In this document: in pieces, positions 59,228 to 64,000 of the stretch | Layout: the number at the start of each line of letters is the position of its first letter | How positions within the stretch are numbered: the first letter of the stretch is position 1 | The notes under the pieces: generated by a model | What the model saw: only the letters and a program-made list of their open reading frames with translations | Told to the model about the DNA's origin: nothing | Databases searched by the model: none | Position numbers and translations under genes: made by a program | Source: Promethearchaeia archaeon | Lineage (GTDB): Archaea; Asgardarchaeota; Lokiarchaeia; Sigyniarchaeales; SOKP01 | Assembly: GCA_046483985.1 (NCBI GenBank) | Contig: JAWOCD010000057.1 | Span: 1-64,000 of the forward strand | Length of the DNA stretch: 64,000 nt | Direction: 5' to 3'

Positions 59228-61075
59228 TTAATGAACGGTGACCGTTTTAGCCAAATTTTGGGGCTGATCTGGGTCTAAGCCCGTGTCTAATGCGTAAAAG
59301 TATGCAAGTAGTTGCAAGGCAGGAATAAAGGTAATAGGACTAAAGAGATTATGGTATTTATCATCGGGCTGGTCGACGGGTATTGAAAAATCACTAAGAT
59401 TTGTAATCGTCTTATCATTTTTTATTACAAGTGAAATGATCTTACCCCCCCGGGATTTAAATTCCATTACATTACCAATTAAACGTTGATATGTTTCATC
59501 AGGTGGGGCAATAAAAATAATCGGAAAACCTTCTCTGACCAGCGAAATTGGGCCATGTTTAGCATGAGCAGCAGAATATCCTTCAATGAAGCGGCACGCA
59601 ATTTCCTTAAGTTTTAACCCGCCTTCTTTTGCAGTCGCAATTGAAACTCCTCGAGCCAAGAAAAAAAAGTTTTCTGCAATCTCTAAATTCTTTACTATAT
59701 TCTTCAAAAGGTGGATTTGGGTTGCCAAAAACTTTTCGATAATTTTAGGAGTTTCATGGAGCGCGTCATAGTATTTCTCTATTTCTTGTTCAGGGACCAT
59801 CCCTCGTAACCTTGCTATTTCTAGGGCAACCATAGAAAGCGCACAAACTTGGGTAACGTAGGTTTTGGTCGCCGCCACTCCAATTTCGGGACCTGCTTGA
59901 GTAATTAGAAATTCATCGGAGTATCTGGTGATTGAAGAACCAACAACATTCGTTAAAGAAAGGACTTTTATATTTTCCCCTGTTTCCTTTGCCCATCTAA
60001 CCGCCTCAATTGTATCAACAGTTTCACCAGATTGAGAAACGGCAATAATAGCTGTATTTGGTTGGAGAGCATTTTTAAGATTTACCTCAAATTCAGAGCA
60101 TTCAATAGCGTGAATATATTTACCTAAAAATTTTGTTATGATGTACTTCCCAGCTAATGAGGCATACAATGAAGTTCCCGCAGCAGTAATGTATATGTGA
60201 TCTGCCTCCAATAGAATCTTCGAAAATCTCTGGATATCTTCTCTCGCGATTGTAAGTGTATTCCGAAGGGCTTTCGGTTCTTCGTAGATCTCTTTTAGCA
60301 TAAAATGTTCATACCCTCCTTTCTCTGCAGCATCAATACTCCAATCTATGGTCTGTGTTTCTTTGTGGACCTCTTTATTGGATTGTAGATCAAATATATT
60401 CGCATTTCCAGGATTTAACACTGCATATTCACCATCCTCTAAAATATAACATTCCTTTGTAAGAGGAAGAAATGCGGGGATATCAGAAGCACAATATGTA
60501 CTATGGGAATCAATTCCTATGACTAAAGGAGATTCTTTTCTTGCAACTATAATCTTATCCGGAGTAGCAGCATGACAAATTGCCACAGCATATGAACCTT
60601 CACACTTTTTAATGGCCTTTACAATCGCTTCTTGAAAAGCTAATCCCTCAGTCATATAATCCTCAATAAGGTGGGGAATGACCTCTGTATCTGTTTCGGA
60701 TTTAAAATTATGACCTCTTTCTTTTAAGTTCTTTTTGATTGTATCATAATTTTCAATAATGCCATTATGGACTACTGCAATCTCTCCAGAACAATCAAGA
60801 TGAGGATGGCTATTGGCTTTTGTTGGAGAACCATGAGTTGCCCATCTTGTATGTGCTAAAGCAAGATTTGAATTGTTTGGAAAATCTGATAGATTCAGTT
60901 TCTCATTTATTTCACTAATTTTTCCCGAATCCTTCTTTACGAGCAGATGATTGTTATTTTGAACCACTATGCCGCATGAATCATAACCTCTATATTCAAG
61001 ACGTTTAATCCCTTCATATGCAATTTCTCCAACTGGATTATCTTGATTTGTTACTACACCAAAAATTCCACACAT
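59228..61075 (-). CDS. glmS: Glutamine-fructose-6-phosphate transaminase
   Basis: MCGI, LEYRGYDS, HTRWATHG, HNGIIEN, SQSGET, LKLKE, KHGP, NLAKTVTV. Confidence 0.97.
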   Translation of the reverse strand: MCGIFGVVTNQDNPVGEIAYEGIKRLEYRGYDSCGIVVQNNNHLLVKKDSGKISEINEKLNLSDFPNNSNLALAHTRWATHGSPTKANSHPHLDCSGEIAVVHNGIIENYDTIKKNLKERGHNFKSETDTEVIPHLIEDYMTEGLAFQEAIVKAIKKCEGSYAVAICHAATPDKIIVARKESPLVIGIDSHSTYCASDIPAFLPLTKECYILEDGEYAVLNPGNANIFDLQSNKEVHKETQTIDWSIDAAEKGGYEHFMLKEIYEEPKALRNTLTIAREDIQRFSKILLEADHIYITAAGTSLYASLAGKYIITKFLGKYIHAIECSEFEVNLKNALQPNTAIIAVSQSGETVDTIEAVRWAKETGENIKVLSLTNVVGSSITRYSDEFLITQAGPEIGVAATKTYVTQVCALSMVALEIARLRGMVPEQEIEKYYDALHETPKIIEKFLATQIHLLKNIVKNLEIAENFFFLARGVSIATAKEGGLKLKEIACRFIEGYSAAHAKHGPISLVREGFPIIFIAPPDETYQRLIGNVMEFKSRGGKIISLVIKNDKTITNLSDFSIPVDQPDDKYHNLFSPITFIPALQLLAYFYALDTGLDPDQPQNLAKTVTVH

Positions 61076-61626
61076 CTACGTGTTTACCTTCATATAATTT
61101 TATTGATAATTAATAATCATTTAGAGAAAATAAAGCGAATATTATATTTTTTTCTCTAAAGATTTTTAGTATTTTTATTGGTTTTGCTAAATCCTTTTAT
61201 GAGAATTAATGTCAAAAATCTTTATCCTTCCAAATTTAACATATTTTATCATATTATGTTTTTTAATATCTCTTTAGCAAGTTTCTAATATTAATCTTCT
61301 ATTAGCTTTAGGATTTATTGCCTAGCTCGGCTTATTTGGATCCTAATTCTTAATAACTTTTCAAAGATTTGAATAAAAACAAGAATTTTCGGTTTTTGAC
61401 AAATTAAAAATTAAGTTGTTTTATCCTTTACTTTACCTCATTAAAGAGGAGCCTCCTATTTTTAAATAATAATTTAATAGCAAGAAAATTTATCTTTTTT
61501 TGGAGATAAAAGAAAAGAAAGAAATATTTTGAAAAGCTTTAAAAACCCTCCTAGTACACTATCTTAATTATAGTGAATGTGGAAGTAAGAAGATATGTAA
61601 GTAAGTTTAAAAAACTAAATGTTTCA

Positions 61627-61698
61627 ATTCAAATAGGTAACATTAATATTTTAAAATTATTGCTGTAGGTTTTCTCTTTAGGATGTACCTATTTGAAT
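61627..61698. repeat. 13-bp perfect inverted repeat (ATTCAAATAGGTA / TACCTATTTGAAT)
   Basis: Arms at 61627-61639 and 61686-61698. Confidence 0.85.
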
Positions 61699-61729
61699 AT
61701 ATAAAAAGGGTGTAGCTAGGGCAACATCG

Positions 61730-61761
61730 GGAGAGAGAGGTTTTCGAAAACCTCTCTCTCC
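61730..61761. repeat. 32-bp perfect palindrome GGAGAGAGAGGTTTTCGAAAACCTCTCTCTCC (terminator-like or ncRNA stem)
   Basis: Seen directly; lies 60 nt downstream of the thioesterase stop codon. Confidence 0.85.
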
Positions 61762-61820
61762 TTTCCTCCAATGTATCAAAATTAAATATCCCATTTAAAA
61801 AAATTGGGATGATAAGTTCT

Positions 61821-62342
61821 TTATTCTACTTTACAATGATCTGGTCGTTCTATGCACACTCTCCTCATTTCTTTTAAGTCTTCGAGTCTCTTTTTCCGAA
61901 TTTCTTTTCTCTTTTTTGCCTCTCGAAATCTACGTTTTTCTTCGGGCTTGGTTGGTATAACTTCTGGAACTTCACTAGGGTCGTCATTTTTATCAAGTGC
62001 AACATAAGTAAGATACGCAGAAGCAATATGTGTATGCGTTCCACTTTCAAGGCTTTCAGCTTCCACTCTCACCCCTATTTCCATAGAGGTGGTCCCAGTA
62101 TAATTTAAAGATGCTTTTGCAAAAACCAGATTACCTATATAAGAGGGAGAGAGAAAATCAATTCTGTCTACTGAGGCGGTCACAACATTCATGTGAGCAT
62201 GGCGTCGGGCAACTATGCCAGCAGCATTATCTACTATTTTCATAATTGTTCCACCATGCACATTTCCCATTGCATTGGCATGTTCAGGTAACATTAATTC
62301 CGCAATTTCAACTTTAGTTTCAGAAACGGTTTTTGGTTCCAT
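61821..62342 (-). CDS. Acyl-CoA thioesterase (HotDog fold, YciA-like)
   Basis: HANAMGNVHGG...D.AA, VVTASVD.IDF..P, TGTTSMEIGV, LTYVALD. Confidence 0.93.
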   Translation of the reverse strand: MEPKTVSETKVEIAELMLPEHANAMGNVHGGTIMKIVDNAAGIVARRHAHMNVVTASVDRIDFLSPSYIGNLVFAKASLNYTGTTSMEIGVRVEAESLESGTHTHIASAYLTYVALDKNDDPSEVPEVIPTKPEEKRRFREAKKRKEIRKKRLEDLKEMRRVCIERPDHCKVE

Positions 62343-62815
62343 TTTAATATTTTTACCTCATATGAGCTTTTCTTTTGCACTTAATGATAAAGATTTCCTT
62401 TATGAATTATAATAATTGAAATATTAAAGATTGAATCAAAGAAGACGAATACATCACTACGGTTGTAATGGGTGGATTGATTATTCTGATTATTTTTGTT
62501 TTAATTCGTTAATGTCCTTTCCTCTCGGGTGTTTAAGCTTGAGAATAGGGTCAAAAAGGCTTCTAATCTCACGAAATTGTTTCAAACTCAAAGAAATAAG
62601 AAATCCTTGGGATCTTTTTATTAACTATCACAAAAATAGGTTTTTTTTAGAAAAAAGAAAAAATTTAAACGCTAAATATTAATAATCGAAAAATTTTTTT
62701 ATTCGATCCTCCATATTTTAATTGAATGTTGAGAATATTTTTATTAGATGTCTTTCAATCACTAATAAATTTTTTATTGAATCATAATTTGTTAATGTAG
62801 GAATAAGTAAATAAA

Positions 62816-64000
62816 ATGATCTATCAAGGGCTTTTTAATATTTTGAGTTTGTACAGCCGTGAAATTTTCTTGTTTTACAATAAGATCGATAAATATTTTC
62901 GCGATAAAATTTATGATAATTTTAAAAAAATTGCAATAGATCCAGAAAAAAATAACCTTGATAAAATAATCAAGGATATTCTTAATTTTCTCTCCGGAGA
63001 ATTGGAAGACCTAGGATTCAGAAAGCTTCTTATTGATAACAAATTTTCAGATGAGTCAATTAGAATTCATGGTAATGAGAAAGAAAAAATTACCTCAACC
63101 ATTATGCTTTATGAAGAAAAGATCTCGCCAATTATTTATGAATTATTTTTGGAAATCGTAGTTGATTATCTGGTTGATGATGATGTGGTTCCAATATTGA
63201 TGAAATTTAAGAAACGCGATATATTACCGATAGAATTCATGACAGAATTACGGAATTTAAAAAATTTATTTGAAGATGACCCTAAAAAACAAGATAATTT
63301 ACGAAAATATGTCAAAATAAGGGAAAAGATAATTCAAAAATTTAGAGAAAATAAAAAAGAAATTGAAGGATTGGAATATATTGATGAACCCCGTTATAAA
63401 CTTCAGTTGGTTTATTTAATCTATAGAATTATTGATTTTTTTCATTTACAAAAACTTTTTGATTTCACACACATTAAGAAATATCTCAGCCATAATATAG
63501 ATGAATGGCTTTATTCTATTCCATTGGTATCTTTGAAAAACCCTGAGCCTTATTTCTGTGGGATTTATCTTGCCGATAAATTAAATGTTGAATTGGATAC
63601 AAAAAGGATACAATATTTCCTATTGAATTTATATGATGAAACTGTCGATGAATTTGAAGCACCTATTACCGAAGCAACCGATAGGTTGTACTATTATGTA
63701 AAAAGTCTCTCAATCGTTAAATTATGGTTTAAAGAAGAAAAGTTAAGGAAACTCTTCTATGCAGATGAGGAATTTTTCGACCAACAGAATCTTAAATCCT
63801 TTGAAACCTCTCAATTAGTCGTCATCATAAAAATGTATAAGATCCTCGGGTTTGAAAAGAGACCGGAAATCAAAACGCTCATTAGAGAAATTGAAAGGCG
63901 TATATCTTCGGATGGAATCAAACAGTTTAGAGATGGTTTTATCTCTTCAGAAGCTACCTATTACACTCTTTTTTGCAATTATATGAGAAATTCTTTAGAG
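62816..64000 (+). CDS. Hypothetical helical protein, partial (runs off the window); possible prenyltransferase-like repeats
   Basis: Frame from ATG 62816 (MIYQGLFNILSLYSREIF...) continues to ...GFISSEATYYTLFCNYMRNSLE at the window end; absent from the ORF track because there is no stop. Confidence 0.75.
   Translation, partial: MIYQGLFNILSLYSREIFLFYNKIDKYFRDKIYDNFKKIAIDPEKNNLDKIIKDILNFLSGELEDLGFRKLLIDNKFSDESIRIHGNEKEKITSTIMLYEEKISPIIYELFLEIVVDYLVDDDVVPILMKFKKRDILPIEFMTELRNLKNLFEDDPKKQDNLRKYVKIREKIIQKFRENKKEIEGLEYIDEPRYKLQLVYLIYRIIDFFHLQKLFDFTHIKKYLSHNIDEWLYSIPLVSLKNPEPYFCGIYLADKLNVELDTKRIQYFLLNLYDETVDEFEAPITEATDRLYYYVKSLSIVKLWFKEEKLRKLFYADEEFFDQQNLKSFETSQLVVIIKMYKILGFEKRPEIKTLIREIERRISSDGIKQFRDGFISSEATYYTLFCNYMRNSLE

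Noticed and set aside
61621-61650. GTTTCAATTCAAATAGGTAAC... resembles a CRISPR repeat
   Set aside because: Single direct copy, no spacers or cas genes; its partner is an inverted copy.
61076-61820. glmS ribozyme upstream of glmS
   Set aside because: The conserved AGCGCC / GACGAGG core was not found on the minus strand.
778-62412. Many short ORFs overlapping or antisense to assigned genes (e.g. 8910-9284, 11222-11656, 24534-24935, 42684-43112, 49315-49701)
   Set aside because: Shadow frames of well-supported genes with no independent evidence.
62431-62682. 83-aa ORF
   Set aside because: TTG start, atypical composition and no motif; likely spurious.

Overview
AT-rich archaeal chromosome segment, most consistent with an Asgard (Lokiarchaeia-like) genome. 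Evidence: TFB, RadA, EndA, archaemetzincin, an A/V-type ATPase operon, longin/uDENN-like and BAR-like proteins, and a giant DUF2341-LamG-Ig surface protein. The left ~25 kb looks accessory: rtcB 5' end, UspA, PncB, site-2 protease, BON, PolX, bacterial-type LigA, gene fragments, four same-strand IS200/IS605-end-like hairpins, and a GC-richer islet with an enlarged PCNA-like gene. The rest carries carbohydrate genes (two GH13, a six-hairpin GH, a PMM-like protein, PfkB, GlmS), MEMO1, EndA, a nine-gene A/V-ATPase operon, DUF47, VIT1/CCC1 and a 2-hydroxyacyl-CoA dehydratase trio. Top observations: (1) ATPase subunit A has Ile where the catalytic Glu of GCGERGNEM belongs, while the ion-translocating residues are intact; (2) a 29-nt hairpin-containing insertion splits the VIT1/CCC1 gene, and its precise removal restores the frame (intron-, bypass- or footprint-like); (3) a stand-alone BAR-like protein with an amphipathic N-terminus; (4) a PCNA paralog with an N-terminal extension and an internal insertion. 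No rRNA, tRNA or CRISPR array was recognised. All family assignments come from motif recognition by eye; no searches were run.
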